A DNA stretch of 64,000 nucleotides, taken from contig CAJXRZ010000019.1 in the NCBI GenBank assembly GCA_913060515.1, positions 19,857-83,856 of the forward strand, given 5' to 3'. How positions within the stretch are numbered: the first letter of the stretch is position 1; each line of letters starts with the position of its first letter. A model generated the notes under the pieces. That model made no database searches and was not told where the DNA came from. It saw nothing but the letters and a program-made list of their open reading frames with translations. Positions 28,001 to 37,360 of the stretch are shown here, one piece after another. Source of the DNA: an uncultured Pseudomonadota bacterium (GTDB lineage Bacteria > Myxococcota_A > UBA796 > CAJQPC01). The translations under genes were made by a program, and so were the position numbers.

Positions 28001-29204
28001 GAACACCGACTGCGATGACGGCGACATCCTGATCAACCCCGATGGGACCGAGGTCTGCGACGCCGATGACGATGACGAGGACTGCAACGGCAGCGCGGAC
28101 GACTCGGACGCCGGCGTGGATGTGAGCACCATGACCACCTTCTACGTGGACGCGGACACCGACACCTTCGGCGATGAAAACGACGCGGGCACCGACTACT
28201 GCGATGCGCCTTCTGGCTACGTGACGGACAACACCGACTGTCTGGATTCAGACGCCGACGTGAACACCGATGCGACCGAGGTTCGTGGCGACGCGGTGGA
28301 CGATGACTGTGACGGCACGGCCGACCCCTACCTGCTCTCGGATCTGAGCGCCGGCGACCTGATCATCACCGAGATCATGATCAACCCAGCGGCCGTGCTC
28401 GACAGCTTGGGCGAGTACATCGAGGTCTTCAACAACTCCGGCGGCGAGGTCGATGTCGAGGGCTTGTACTTCACCAACGACAGCAGCCGGGCGGCTGAGG
28501 TGACCTCGGGCGTGGTGGTGACCAGCAGCGTGGTGGCCGATGGCGACTACTTCCTCATCGGTGCGAGCAGTGACTCCGTTACCAACGGCGGCTACTCCCC
28601 CGACGCGACCTACACCTGGGGTGCAGGAGCGTCCTCCTTCTCCGTGGGCAACTCCGGCGAGATCATCGGCATGTACTCCGATTCCGGCGAGACCCTGTTG
28701 CTGGACGAGGTGGACTTCACCGACTCCACCTACTTTGGAACGCCGGTTGCCACGTCCATGAGCTTGGATGACATCTACCTGGACGCCGACGCCAACGACC
28801 ACGGCGGTCACTGGTGCGAGTCCACAACCGCCCTCTCCGGCGGAGATGATGGGACCCCGGGTGCAGCCAACGATGCCTGCGGCTTTGCGTACAGCTTTGC
28901 CATCGACATTGAGCCTGTCCTGACCACGACCTGTGGCGGTTGCCATGGTGGCGCGGGTGGCTCGGGCAACTTGAGCTACATCGAGGAGTGGGACTCCCTG
29001 GTCTACGTGGCCTCGGATGACCTTCCCAGCATGTACTTGATCGACCCCTTCGACTCGACCACCAGCTACCTTCAGCACAAGATCGATGGAACCCAGCTCT
29101 CCGTATCGGGGGCCGGCGACCAGATGCCAAAGGGCGGTGGCAGCTTGACCGCCGGTGAGATCACCATGATCGAAGACTGGATCAACGAGGGAGCACCTCA
29201 ATAG
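25083..29204 (+). CDS. Large acidic lipoprotein: 16 putative metal-binding (MopE-like) repeats + lamin-tail-like domain + C-terminal c-type cytochrome domain
   Basis: LLTAC lipobox from ATG 25083; DCDD...P.A.E.CDG.DN.C repeats; LIITEIMINP..GEYIEVFN; CGGCH with distal GDQMP. Confidence 0.85.
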   Translation: MLNRLALPLLLGLLTACNAEWSAVDADGDGVPFGQDCDDLNGDVGDKVEIWYDGIDQDCDGNDADMDGDGFVPSWYVADFPDTWQDFPAHIASGDCWDSTLEIPEDQVAVGGAAQPSAELVYPGAGDAWYDGVDQDCEENSDFDQDGDGQDSQWHENVAGEVGTDCADAVEDLEDVQDDDCGVPSGIQPEDIFLGAPDAPYDGVNQDCGVDDFGAFENDFDADGDGFVVCEECDDSDANIFPNEGIEELWYNGIDENCDGNDGDRDGDGYVDAAYIAAFPSTWDAPEFTAHRTVVYDSLGVEVEGLPAVDCWDDPTVTPAEFQPLGGLPPLDPDEVYPRAKADEPADAVYDGIDADCWQDSDFDFDQDGHDAGDVSQRGGALGDDCDDGDPSVFPGVDLSGVEAVESCDEVDSNCDGSINDVESLGCEAYYIDADGDSFGVSGGFVCQCEAEGSYTSLLNTDCNDGDKHEYPGAPDLCDGQDNDCDGSLESDEQDDDGDGYVQCTWPASGWDTDSASMSGGEDCDDTDNTIYPNATELCDGQDNDCDGSLASVESDLDSDGYVACSIDGGGWDGSSTPTGYDDCDDAESTTNPGAAEQVADGVDNDCDSVETCYADVDGDGFGDPSATAETGSSNFNCDRDFKGLADDSDDCDDTDETVYLGADELCDGQDNACAGSIDTDEIDNDSDGYVECSDDGSTWAASSITGYDDCDDSASTVYPTAAETVADGVDQDCDDVDTCYRDADEDGYGSTTEVDGIDLDCDQASSKLADDATDCDDTDDVVYPTATELCDGQDNACLGSTPTNETDDDSDDYVECSDDGSDWAGPSGLGYDDCDDTDPDINPGEREICDSANTDEDCNGSADDLDSGTKSSSKTTWYVDADSDTYGDDQDSGTALCEQPSGYVSDNTDCDDSNSGVSPGESSDAVGDEVDQDCDGTELCYVDSDEDGFGSTSTVASTADALCSTADNESTLNTDCDDGDILINPDGTEVCDADDDDEDCNGSADDSDAGVDVSTMTTFYVDADTDTFGDENDAGTDYCDAPSGYVTDNTDCLDSDADVNTDATEVRGDAVDDDCDGTADPYLLSDLSAGDLIITEIMINPAAVLDSLGEYIEVFNNSGGEVDVEGLYFTNDSSRAAEVTSGVVVTSSVVADGDYFLIGASSDSVTNGGYSPDATYTWGAGASSFSVGNSGEIIGMYSDSGETLLLDEVDFTDSTYFGTPVATSMSLDDIYLDADANDHGGHWCESTTALSGGDDGTPGAANDACGFAYSFAIDIEPVLTTTCGGCHGGAGGSGNLSYIEEWDSLVYVASDDLPSMYLIDPFDSTTSYLQHKIDGTQLSVSGAGDQMPKGGGSLTAGEITMIEDWINEGAPQ

Positions 29205-30391
29205 TGGGTGCCTTGATCGCACTGTTGGGTTCCGGGGTAGCCCTGGCCCAGGAGTGTGCTGTGCCCCTGGAGCCTGAGGCCATGGCCTTGCGCTTGGAGG
29301 CGGTCAAAGACGGCGTGCTCTTTGGTGAGCCGGCGGCCGCTGCAGAGCTCTCCGCCATCGAGGCCAGCCTGCCTTGCCTGAGCGGTCCTGTGGACCAAGC
29401 GGAGCTCGGCAAGTTGATGCTGGGTCAGGCTGCCTACGGCACCTTTATGGGGACGGACAGCGCGGTTTACTACCAGCGGGCTGCAGCCTTGGGGGCTGGG
29501 GATTCAGACTACGGCCCCGAGGTACAGGCCAAGCTGGATGCGATTGCGGCCCCGCCGCCGGCCCTGCTCATCTTGGACTTCGATCCCATTCCACCGGTGA
29601 TCTTGGTGGATGGGGTGATCACGTACTCCACTGGCCCGCGTGAGATGGCCAGCGGCTGGCACATCGTCCAGTGGCTCGGGGATGAGGGCTGGCAGGTGCG
29701 GGTGATGGAGCTGGGCCCCAGCCAGGAGGCCACGATCTCGGTGCGCACGGCCGAGGTGCCTGGCGTGCCCGAGGATCCGGCGGATGTGGCTCAGGAGAAG
29801 CCGCCCAGAGAAGCGCGCTCCAAGGAGCGGGGCGCCGTGGCCAGCGTTGCGCTCGGCTACCAGTTGGCGCTGAGCAAGCTCACGGAGCAGGGACAGCTCT
29901 ACGAGGGACTGCAGGGCGGGCCGGCCTTGGTCTTGAGGGCACGGACAACAGGCAGCCTGCACCTGCGCTTGGGGGCTGAGTTGGTGCCGGGAGCGAGCGG
30001 GGCGAGGACCGGATCGCCAGCCCGCGCGCACCTGGCAGTCGGTTGGCAGCAGGACCAAGGTCCCAGACTGGGGCTGGCCCTTGGGCCGGTGCTCGGTGGG
30101 GCCTCGAGCTTGGTTCCCAGCGTGAGTGGGCTTGCTCCATCCTTTGAGCCTGGTCGGGCTTGGGGCCTTGGCCTGGTTACTCAGGTGCAGCCCTTGGACG
30201 CGCTGTACCTCGAGGTGCAGGGAGAGTGGATCGACGCTGGTTTTGGTGCCTCGGTCCTGGCCCAGATGCAGCTCGTCGAGCTTGGCTCGATACCACTGCT
30301 GATCAGCGTTGGAGGCCACCACTGGCAGAGCGCCCAGGCGGGGCGGTCTTCGTGGGTTCAGGTGGGCTTGGGCAGCGCCTTCACTTTCTAA
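29204..30391 (+). CDS. Secreted hypothetical protein (helical N-terminus, PEGA-like middle, beta-rich C-terminus)
   Basis: Signal-like MGALIALLGSGVALAQ; 1-bp overlap with upstream gene; ends in aromatic residue. Confidence 0.65.
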   Translation: MGALIALLGSGVALAQECAVPLEPEAMALRLEAVKDGVLFGEPAAAAELSAIEASLPCLSGPVDQAELGKLMLGQAAYGTFMGTDSAVYYQRAAALGAGDSDYGPEVQAKLDAIAAPPPALLILDFDPIPPVILVDGVITYSTGPREMASGWHIVQWLGDEGWQVRVMELGPSQEATISVRTAEVPGVPEDPADVAQEKPPREARSKERGAVASVALGYQLALSKLTEQGQLYEGLQGGPALVLRARTTGSLHLRLGAELVPGASGARTGSPARAHLAVGWQQDQGPRLGLALGPVLGGASSLVPSVSGLAPSFEPGRAWGLGLVTQVQPLDALYLEVQGEWIDAGFGASVLAQMQLVELGSIPLLISVGGHHWQSAQAGRSSWVQVGLGSAFTF

Positions 30392-30424
30392 AGCCTTATC
30401 CTAGGCCCACCGGGGCAGGGATGC

Positions 30425-32158
30425 GTGCTACGGTGGTCGACGCTGACAGGTGGAACGGTGGCCCTCCCACTGAACACAGAAATCCTTGAGACCTTGGGTG
30501 AGGGCAGCTTCGGCGCGGTCTACGTCGCCTTGTTGAATGAGGGTGCGATCCGTCGAACGGTCGTTCTCAAGGTTCTAAAATCGGAATGGGCGGACCATCC
30601 CGAGATCTTGGTGCGTTCTCGTGACGAGGCCACCTTGCTGGCGTTGCTGAATCACGACAACATCGTTCGCGTCGAGCAGCTCATTGAGCTCGAAGGCCGC
30701 CCTGCCGTGGTCATGGAGCACGTTCAGGGCCTGACTCTGGAGCGCCTCCTCAAGGGAAACGGGCCCCTCCCAGTCAGCATCGCGGTGGGGATCGCCGCCA
30801 AGGTTGCATCCGCCTTGGACGCCGCCTTCAACCAGCGTCCTCCAGGAGCCAAAGAGCCTCTGCGGGTGGTCCATCGGGACATCAAGCCCTCCAACATCAT
30901 CGTGTCGGTGGCCGGCTCGGTGAAGGTTCTGGACTTTGGAACGGCGCGCGCGGAGTTCGGCGAGCGGGGGGCACACACCTCCGCTTTGACCTTGGGCTCT
31001 CCGCTCTACATGGCACCCGAGTGCTTCGATGGTGCCGAGGCCGATCCCACGGTCGACATCTACGCCTTGGGTGCGACCCTCTTCGAGCTGCTCGCTGGCG
31101 TACCGATGGGACGCTTGTCGGTGCACCCCCAGAAGCACGGCGTCAAGCTGCAGGAGCGCCTGGCACAGCTCAGCTCTCCGGAGCTGGTCGAGGGCGGCCC
31201 CGTTCTCAAGGCCGTGCGAAACCTCATCGGGCGTTGCATGCGCTACGAGGCACAGCGCCGGCCAACGGCGGCCGACATGCGGCGGCTGTGCAATGAGTTC
31301 CTCAAGCGCCTGCCTCGGGGCACCCTGAGCATGGACCAGTTCGCTCAGGTCACCGTAGAGCCGCTCTACAACGCCCGAGAGACACACGCGCCCATTCCGC
31401 TAGAGGCCACCTTGGGCCGAAGCGGTCTGCGGGAGTTGGACAAAGAGGAGCCGGAGGCCTGGGGAAGCAACAAGCCCGAGCTGCCCAGCCCTACTCCGGC
31501 CCCCGCGCCCGTTGCGCCGCCAGCGCAGACCCCCGCGCCGCCGCCGGTCGCGAAGGCCAAGCCCGTGGTGTTGCCGCCTCCCCCTCAGGAGGAGCAGGAC
31601 GACCAAGCGGGCATGGGGCGGCTGATGCTCTTTGGGGCGCTGGGTATTCTTCTGGGTCTTGCGGTCGTGGGCGGCATCCTGGCGTTGGTGCTCCAGCAGG
31701 AGGCCGCTGACGAGCCTTCCGGCGAGCCGCCAATCCCAGCTTTGGAGATCCCTGCCGAAGTGGAGCCAGTCCCAGAGGGAGAGACGCCCGAGCCTGAGGC
31801 AGCTCCGGAGCCAGCCGCGGAGCCCGAGCCGGTCGCCGTGTTGTCTGCGGAAGCGCCCTCGCAGCGCGTGGAGCCCATTGCTGCGGTGTCCGAGCCTGCG
31901 CCCAGCGTCACGGACGCGGACCCCGAAGATGCAGCGCTTGCTCCCGTCGAGGTGCGCATCGCCTCCGTCCCTGCCGGCGCCCGTGTTCGGGTGGGTGGAG
32001 AGAGCGTGCAAGCACCCGGTGTGCTGACTCTTCCAGCGGGCACTGTGACCGCCAGGATCAGCTTTCCGGACAGCAGCGGCGGGAGCTGTGTTCTGACCGC
32101 AGCCGAGGGCGCCAAGTGGAAGTTCCGGGCCGACGCCGGCTCGGTGGTCTGCCCCTGA
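30425..32158 (+). CDS. Membrane Hanks-type Ser/Thr protein kinase
   Basis: LGEGSFGAVY, VVLKVL, HRDIKPSN, DFG, GSPLYMAPE, DIYALG; Pro-rich linker, TM, PEGA-like C-terminus. Confidence 0.95.
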   Translation: MLRWSTLTGGTVALPLNTEILETLGEGSFGAVYVALLNEGAIRRTVVLKVLKSEWADHPEILVRSRDEATLLALLNHDNIVRVEQLIELEGRPAVVMEHVQGLTLERLLKGNGPLPVSIAVGIAAKVASALDAAFNQRPPGAKEPLRVVHRDIKPSNIIVSVAGSVKVLDFGTARAEFGERGAHTSALTLGSPLYMAPECFDGAEADPTVDIYALGATLFELLAGVPMGRLSVHPQKHGVKLQERLAQLSSPELVEGGPVLKAVRNLIGRCMRYEAQRRPTAADMRRLCNEFLKRLPRGTLSMDQFAQVTVEPLYNARETHAPIPLEATLGRSGLRELDKEEPEAWGSNKPELPSPTPAPAPVAPPAQTPAPPPVAKAKPVVLPPPPQEEQDDQAGMGRLMLFGALGILLGLAVVGGILALVLQQEAADEPSGEPPIPALEIPAEVEPVPEGETPEPEAAPEPAAEPEPVAVLSAEAPSQRVEPIAAVSEPAPSVTDADPEDAALAPVEVRIASVPAGARVRVGGESVQAPGVLTLPAGTVTARISFPDSSGGSCVLTAAEGAKWKFRADAGSVVCP

Positions 32159-32176
32159 GGCGCTGCGCTCGTCCGC

Positions 32177-32617
32177 TCAGCTTGTACGACGGCGGCGAGA
32201 GAGAACCAGACCCAGGGCCAATGCCCCCAAGCCCCAGAGGGGTGTGGTGCCGGTGCTGGAGCAGCTTCCCTCCATCTCTGGCGTGTCGACGGCCACCACG
32301 ATGACGGTCACGGTGTCGGGCAAGCTGGCCTCGGCGCCGGAAGAGACGCTGAGATCCCAGCGATAGGAGCCAGGCAGTTCGGGCGTGAAGCGCGGCGTGG
32401 CCGAGGAAGGATCGCTCAACTCCGCTGGAGGCCCTCCGCTGCGAACCCAGCTGTAGCTGAGCTCTTCAGCGCCGCTGCCGCCACCGGCGAGCTCGACGGT
32501 CTGGCCGACGTAGGCCATGAAGTCCACGCCAGCCTGGGCCTCCAAGAGGGGCAGGGGGGGCGGGGTATTGGCCTTGGCCTGGGGCCCGGACAGCAAGGGG
32601 AGTAGGATGCTCAGCAT
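32177..32617 (-). CDS. Small PKD/Ig-like protein with MYXO-CTERM-like tail
   Basis: AQAG.D...VGQTVEL, YSWVRSGG, PRFTP..PGSY, PDTVTV; tail GSCSSTG...LALGLVLSRRRR. Confidence 0.75.
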   Translation of the reverse strand: MLSILLPLLSGPQAKANTPPPLPLLEAQAGVDFMAYVGQTVELAGGGSGAEELSYSWVRSGGPPAELSDPSSATPRFTPELPGSYRWDLSVSSGAEASLPDTVTVIVVAVDTPEMEGSCSSTGTTPLWGLGALALGLVLSRRRRTS

Positions 32618-32661
32618 TCACGCAGGCTAACCCCTGCTCTTGTCCCTTGCTCGGGAGTGGT

Positions 32662-33003
32662 GTGCAGAACCTGGTCTTGGTCTTTGTGGGCGGTGGTTTG
32701 GGAGCCAGCCTGCGCTATGGCGTGAGCTTGGCGGTGCCGGGGCATTGGGGGACCTGGGTGGTCAACGTGCTGGGCAGCTTTGCTCTGGGGTTGATCCTTG
32801 CTCATCCGGCCTTTGGCGATCCGCGTCTGCGCCTGATTTTGGGCACGGGTGTGATGGGCGGCTTCACCACCTACTCCACCTTCAACACGGACACGCTGCG
32901 TCTGGTTCAGGAGGGGCAGATGGGCCTTGCAGCCCTCAATGTGGTGGGCACGCTGGCGCTCTGCTTGGGTGCTGGAGCGCTGGGGCTGTGGCTGGGGCGC
33001 TGA
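32662..33003 (+). CDS. crcB: Fluoride channel Fluc/CrcB
   Basis: VFVGGGLGASLRY, GTWVVNVLGSF, GVMGGFTTYSTF; GTG 32662 with GGGAG RBS. Confidence 0.93.
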   Translation: MQNLVLVFVGGGLGASLRYGVSLAVPGHWGTWVVNVLGSFALGLILAHPAFGDPRLRLILGTGVMGGFTTYSTFNTDTLRLVQEGQMGLAALNVVGTLALCLGAGALGLWLGR

Positions 33004-33141
33004 GCTGCAATAGCCAAGGTGCCAAGCTCGTAGACCTGGTGCCTTGCGGCACCCGCTCAAACCCAGTAATCTCCGAGCAATAGAAAGCGCTGAATCGACC
33101 GGGCACACGGTCGCGGGCGCACAACCCAGAAAAGGGATCCC

Positions 33142-33861
33142 ATGGGCCTGTTTGATCGCATCGCCAACGTCTGGAAGGGATTTATCTCCCTCTGGGTCTC
33201 CGAAGTTGAGCAGAAGAACCCCGAGGCTGTGTACGAGGCTGCCATCGAGGAGCGGGTCAAGAAGCACCGCGACTTGAAGAAGGCTGTCTCCGGCATCGTG
33301 TATCTGCGCAACAAGCTGACTTCGGAGCTGGAGCAGGCGGAGAAGGAGCTGGGCGAGGTTCAGATCCAGATTCCCGTCGCTGTTCAGGAAGGGGAAGACG
33401 ACGTCGCCCTGGTCCTGATCCAGAAAAAGGACCAGCTCACTGGCAAGATCGTTCAGGTCTCCGCCGAGCTGGAGAAGATCAAGGTCCAGGCTGAAGAAGC
33501 CAAGAGCGGCCTGATCGCCTTCCAAGGCGAGATCGAGAAGCTCAAGCGCGAGAAGAACGAGGTTCTGGCCAAGAAGGCCAACGCCGAGGCACGCATCTCT
33601 ATCCAGGAGACCCTGGACGGACTGAGCACCGACGCGGACATCAAGGCGCTGGAGAACGTTCGCGAGCACGTGGACAAGCTTCAGGCTCAGGCCGACGTGG
33701 GCGCGGAGATCAAGGGCGAGTCCCTGGACGACAAGCTCTCGAAGATCAAGGCCAAGACCGCCAGCGCTGCTGCGCAGTCTCAGCTGGCCGAGCTCAAGAA
33801 GCAGATGGCCGCCCGCAAGAGCGCTCAAGGCCAGGCCGCCGGCGTCAAGAAGACCATGTAG
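33142..33861 (+). CDS. PspA/IM30 family protein
   Basis: MGLFDRIANV, NPEAVYE, AVQEGEDDVAL, long coiled coil, LAELKKQM. Confidence 0.9.
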   Translation: MGLFDRIANVWKGFISLWVSEVEQKNPEAVYEAAIEERVKKHRDLKKAVSGIVYLRNKLTSELEQAEKELGEVQIQIPVAVQEGEDDVALVLIQKKDQLTGKIVQVSAELEKIKVQAEEAKSGLIAFQGEIEKLKREKNEVLAKKANAEARISIQETLDGLSTDADIKALENVREHVDKLQAQADVGAEIKGESLDDKLSKIKAKTASAAAQSQLAELKKQMAARKSAQGQAAGVKKTM

Positions 33862-36800
33862 GTGAGCGGGCTCCCCGCCCCAACACCCCAGGCCGAAGAC
33901 GAATACGTCTCCTCCTTCGCAAACGAGAGCGAGGAGACGCTCGTCCAAGCCATCCAGGCCAGCATGCGTGCTGGCCGTCCTGCTCTGGCAGGGCGCCTTG
34001 TGGGGATGCTCGCCAGCGAGAGCGAGGACCCTGACGTGCTCAAGGCGCGTCGGGCTGCGCGCATGCTCTGCCTGAGTGCGCCGACCCACTGGGAGGAGGA
34101 ACTCCAGGAGCTGCTTGAGCAGGTGCGCAAGCGCCACATCGAGCGTGCGACCAGCCGTTCTCGCAGGCGCCTGAAGCACCCAGGTCGGGTGGGCATGTCT
34201 CCCAAGGACCGCACGCGTTCTCGTATACGGGGTGCTGAAGCGGGCTCAGCCCCACCAGACAAGTCCTCCCCGGATTATGCTGCGCAGCCAATGCCCAGTC
34301 CTCGTGAGCGCCTGCATGCCCTTGGGCGTGCTCTGATTCTTCCCTTCGCACGTCGTTGGTCCGCAATGGACGAGCGCCAGCGCCGCCACGCCTACGCGAT
34401 GGGCCTGATGATGGTGATGGCCTTGGCCAACTTCCTGGTCTACACGACCTGGTATGTCGAGGATGCGGGCATCTCGATGGCCTACGCCCGGAACGCGGCG
34501 GCCGGAGAAGGCTGGGTGACCTATGCCGGCGGTGAGCCGGTCGAAGGCTTCTCCAACCCCCTCTGGACCTTCCTGATGGGCCTGGGCTACCTGGTCGGCA
34601 TCAACGGCTTTGTCAGCTCCAAGCTGATGGGTGCGGTCTTTGGCCTGGCCTGTTTGCCCCTCTCTTATGCCTTGGCCCAAGAGGCGCGCTTCGACGAGCA
34701 GAGGGGCCCTGTCCGGGACAATTTCCCGCTGCTCGCCCCCCTGCTGGTCGCGCTGTCCACCACCGTGGCCATCTGGCACGGCTCCGGTCTGGAGAACAGC
34801 CTCTTCAACGTGCTGCTGCTCACCGGCATGTGGCGCACCCTGGTCGAAGGCCGTGACGGAGAGCACCGCTTCCCCCTGAGCGCCTTGGCCTTCCTGGGCT
34901 TGGCCGCAACCCGTCCCGAAGGCATCGCTTATGGCGCCGTGGGTGGCTTCTTTGCCTTGGCGCTGGCCCTGCGCAACGGCAAGGGCTGGATCAAGAAGGT
35001 CGCCCTCTGGCTGGGCGTCTTCTTCGTGCCCTACGGGCTCTTCCAAGCTTGGCGCGTCTCCTACTTTGCCTGGCCCTTTCCCAACACCTACTACGCCAAG
35101 GTGGACGGCGAGAACCGCTTCCAGCCCTGGCGCTGGACCTCTCGGGGTTGGGACTATCTGCGGAACTACCTGCGGGCCTACCACGTGGCCATGTTCGCGC
35201 CGCTCATCGGCTTGGGTCTGGTCACCCTCAAGGACTGGCGCAAGTGGGTGTTCACCTTTGGCGCCGTTCTGGTCGGCATCATGGTGCTCTGGGATGGCCG
35301 CTCGGGGCTGCCGGATGGCTTTGACCCGGATTGGCTGAACTGGCTGCAGCGCCACTGGGACCGCAGCCGCATCACCACCTTGCTTGCGGTGGCTGGCACT
35401 ACACTGCTGCTCTCGTCCAAGGAAGCCTTCCAGACCCGTCTGGGCGTGGCGCTGATGGGCCTGGGTTCTCTGCTGCTGGGCGTCTATGGGCTGCCTGAGA
35501 CTGCGCCGGTCAGCTTGGCCAAGGGCCTGACCTACGGCGGCGCGGCCGTGATGGTGCTCAGCATGTTGGTTCACCTGGACCGCGGTGGAGCGGCGCGAGG
35601 CCTGATGGGCAGCATCTGCGCCGTGGGCGGCTTCTTTGTGCTCTACAGCGGCGGCGACTGGATGGCCCAGTGGCGCTTCGTCTCCTACATCATCATCCCC
35701 TTGCTGACCTTGGTCGCGGTGGGGCTCGCTGAGCTCTTGGAGTCGCTGCCCTTTGGTCATACGAAGGCCGTCCGCTGGGCCATGGGCGTCCCCCTCGTCC
35801 TCATCTTCGCTGCGCCCAACCTCTGGCAAGCCCTCCACGCCGGAGGCCAGCCGGTCACCAGCGTGAACGATGTGCACCAACGGGTTCGGTACATGCAGAG
35901 GGTGCAAGACCGCATGCACATCGATCGGGTGACGCTCTTCGACGTGGACATGGGCGCCCACATGTACTTCTCAGACTGGCGCATTGTGGATGTAGCGGGC
36001 CTGGTGGACGTGTCCATGGGGCACCACATCTACCAGAAGCCCTTCATCACCGAGTACGTCTTCGAGGAGCGCAAGCCTACCTTCGCGCACCAGCACGCCA
36101 ACTGGGCCCGCAAGACCAAGGTGGGCAGCCTGCCCATCTGGGACCAGGACTACATCGAGGTCCCCGGCTACCCAACGGGCCGGGTCGCCCTGCACATCGG
36201 CAACCACGTACGCCGCGAAGAGATCATGCGTCCGGAGTACATGGGGCCGCCCGGTCGCTGGGTGACCATGGAAGGGGATCTGGAGTTCGAGGGCTGGCAT
36301 GTGCCCTCGCCAGAGGTGCCCCAGGGCGGCAAGCTCTTCATCGAGTACTGGCTCAAGGCGGAGCTGCGTGAGAAGGACGTCCAGGTCTTCGCGGTGTTGG
36401 AGAGCCCCGAGGGACAGCGGCACATCGCCTCGGTCCCAGCGGCCTACGGCTACTTGCCCATCGATCAGTGGCGTCAAGATGAGCACGCCCGCACCCGCAT
36501 CGACTTTGACTTGCCGGATGACTTGCCGCCCGGCAACTACGCCCTAGGGTTCTGGATGCTGGACGCGGAGACCGGGGCTGTGCTCATGCCCACCGGCAAG
36601 CTGCCGCGCAACGCCTACGCCGGCGAGCTCGAGGGCAGCTTTGTCTGGCCCAACTCGGTACGCATCGTCAGCGAGGAGGAGGCGGAGGGCCAAGCCCTCA
36701 ACGACTTCGGCTCCGCTCTGGAGTGGGCCCAGGCCGGCGACTGTGAGGCCGCTTGGCGTTCTTGGCGTCAGGCCCGCTACCATGTGTGGCACGACGAGGA

Positions 36801-37332
36801 CTGGCGTTCCGAGCATCGTGAAGAGGTGGACTACGCTCTGGCCGGATGCTGGGTGCAGCTCGCCCAAGAGGCCCCCACCCGGCACGAAGCTGTGGCGGCC
36901 ATCGACGAGGCCCGCTGGTTCGACCACCAGCACCCCGATGTTCTGCACTTTGCCGAGCCCTACGCCGAGAACCTGGTGGCCCATGGCGATGCGGCCTTGA
37001 ATGCCGGCGATCTGGACGGAGCCTACGAGGCCTACCGCGATGCGCTCATCATGGATCCCACCCTGAGCTGGACCCGCAAGAAGGCGGAAGAGGTGCGCGA
37101 TGCGCGCCTGAAGATCTCGGCCAAGGACAAGAGCTACCGGGCGCCCAAGGAGCCCAAGGTGGTCAAGCCGGAGCAGACCCCGAGCACCCTAAAGCTCAAC
37201 CCGACGGTGCCCATGGAGCTGCCCAAGGGCGAGCCCAAGCGCGTGACCCCTGAAGATGAGCTCCCGGCTCCCGAAGCCTTGCTGCGTAAGCCAGGACCGG
37301 TGGTGGATGAGAAGGTAGAGCTGCCGGACTGA
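33862..37332 (+). CDS. Large GT-C-type membrane glycosyltransferase-like protein with extracytoplasmic and TPR-like C-terminal domains
   Basis: EDAGISMAYARN...EPVEGFSNPLW, GLENSLF, TRPEG, PNTYYAK, GGDWM..RF; many TMs; an internal start at 34291 is plausible. Confidence 0.75.
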   Translation: MSGLPAPTPQAEDEYVSSFANESEETLVQAIQASMRAGRPALAGRLVGMLASESEDPDVLKARRAARMLCLSAPTHWEEELQELLEQVRKRHIERATSRSRRRLKHPGRVGMSPKDRTRSRIRGAEAGSAPPDKSSPDYAAQPMPSPRERLHALGRALILPFARRWSAMDERQRRHAYAMGLMMVMALANFLVYTTWYVEDAGISMAYARNAAAGEGWVTYAGGEPVEGFSNPLWTFLMGLGYLVGINGFVSSKLMGAVFGLACLPLSYALAQEARFDEQRGPVRDNFPLLAPLLVALSTTVAIWHGSGLENSLFNVLLLTGMWRTLVEGRDGEHRFPLSALAFLGLAATRPEGIAYGAVGGFFALALALRNGKGWIKKVALWLGVFFVPYGLFQAWRVSYFAWPFPNTYYAKVDGENRFQPWRWTSRGWDYLRNYLRAYHVAMFAPLIGLGLVTLKDWRKWVFTFGAVLVGIMVLWDGRSGLPDGFDPDWLNWLQRHWDRSRITTLLAVAGTTLLLSSKEAFQTRLGVALMGLGSLLLGVYGLPETAPVSLAKGLTYGGAAVMVLSMLVHLDRGGAARGLMGSICAVGGFFVLYSGGDWMAQWRFVSYIIIPLLTLVAVGLAELLESLPFGHTKAVRWAMGVPLVLIFAAPNLWQALHAGGQPVTSVNDVHQRVRYMQRVQDRMHIDRVTLFDVDMGAHMYFSDWRIVDVAGLVDVSMGHHIYQKPFITEYVFEERKPTFAHQHANWARKTKVGSLPIWDQDYIEVPGYPTGRVALHIGNHVRREEIMRPEYMGPPGRWVTMEGDLEFEGWHVPSPEVPQGGKLFIEYWLKAELREKDVQVFAVLESPEGQRHIASVPAAYGYLPIDQWRQDEHARTRIDFDLPDDLPPGNYALGFWMLDAETGAVLMPTGKLPRNAYAGELEGSFVWPNSVRIVSEEEAEGQALNDFGSALEWAQAGDCEAAWRSWRQARYHVWHDEDWRSEHREEVDYALAGCWVQLAQEAPTRHEAVAAIDEARWFDHQHPDVLHFAEPYAENLVAHGDAALNAGDLDGAYEAYRDALIMDPTLSWTRKKAEEVRDARLKISAKDKSYRAPKEPKVVKPEQTPSTLKLNPTVPMELPKGEPKRVTPEDELPAPEALLRKPGPVVDEKVELPD

Positions 37333-37360
37333 GGCGTCGCCCTGGCCACGCTCGGGGCGC

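Noticed and set aside
32618-32661. Fluoride riboswitch upstream of crcB
   Set aside because: Region is only about 45 bp and lacks the GGCGAUGG...GCC core
33040-33141. Sigma-54 promoter upstream of PspA
   Set aside because: GGCAC...GC-like strings are present but spacing and the TTGC box do not fit the -24/-12 consensus
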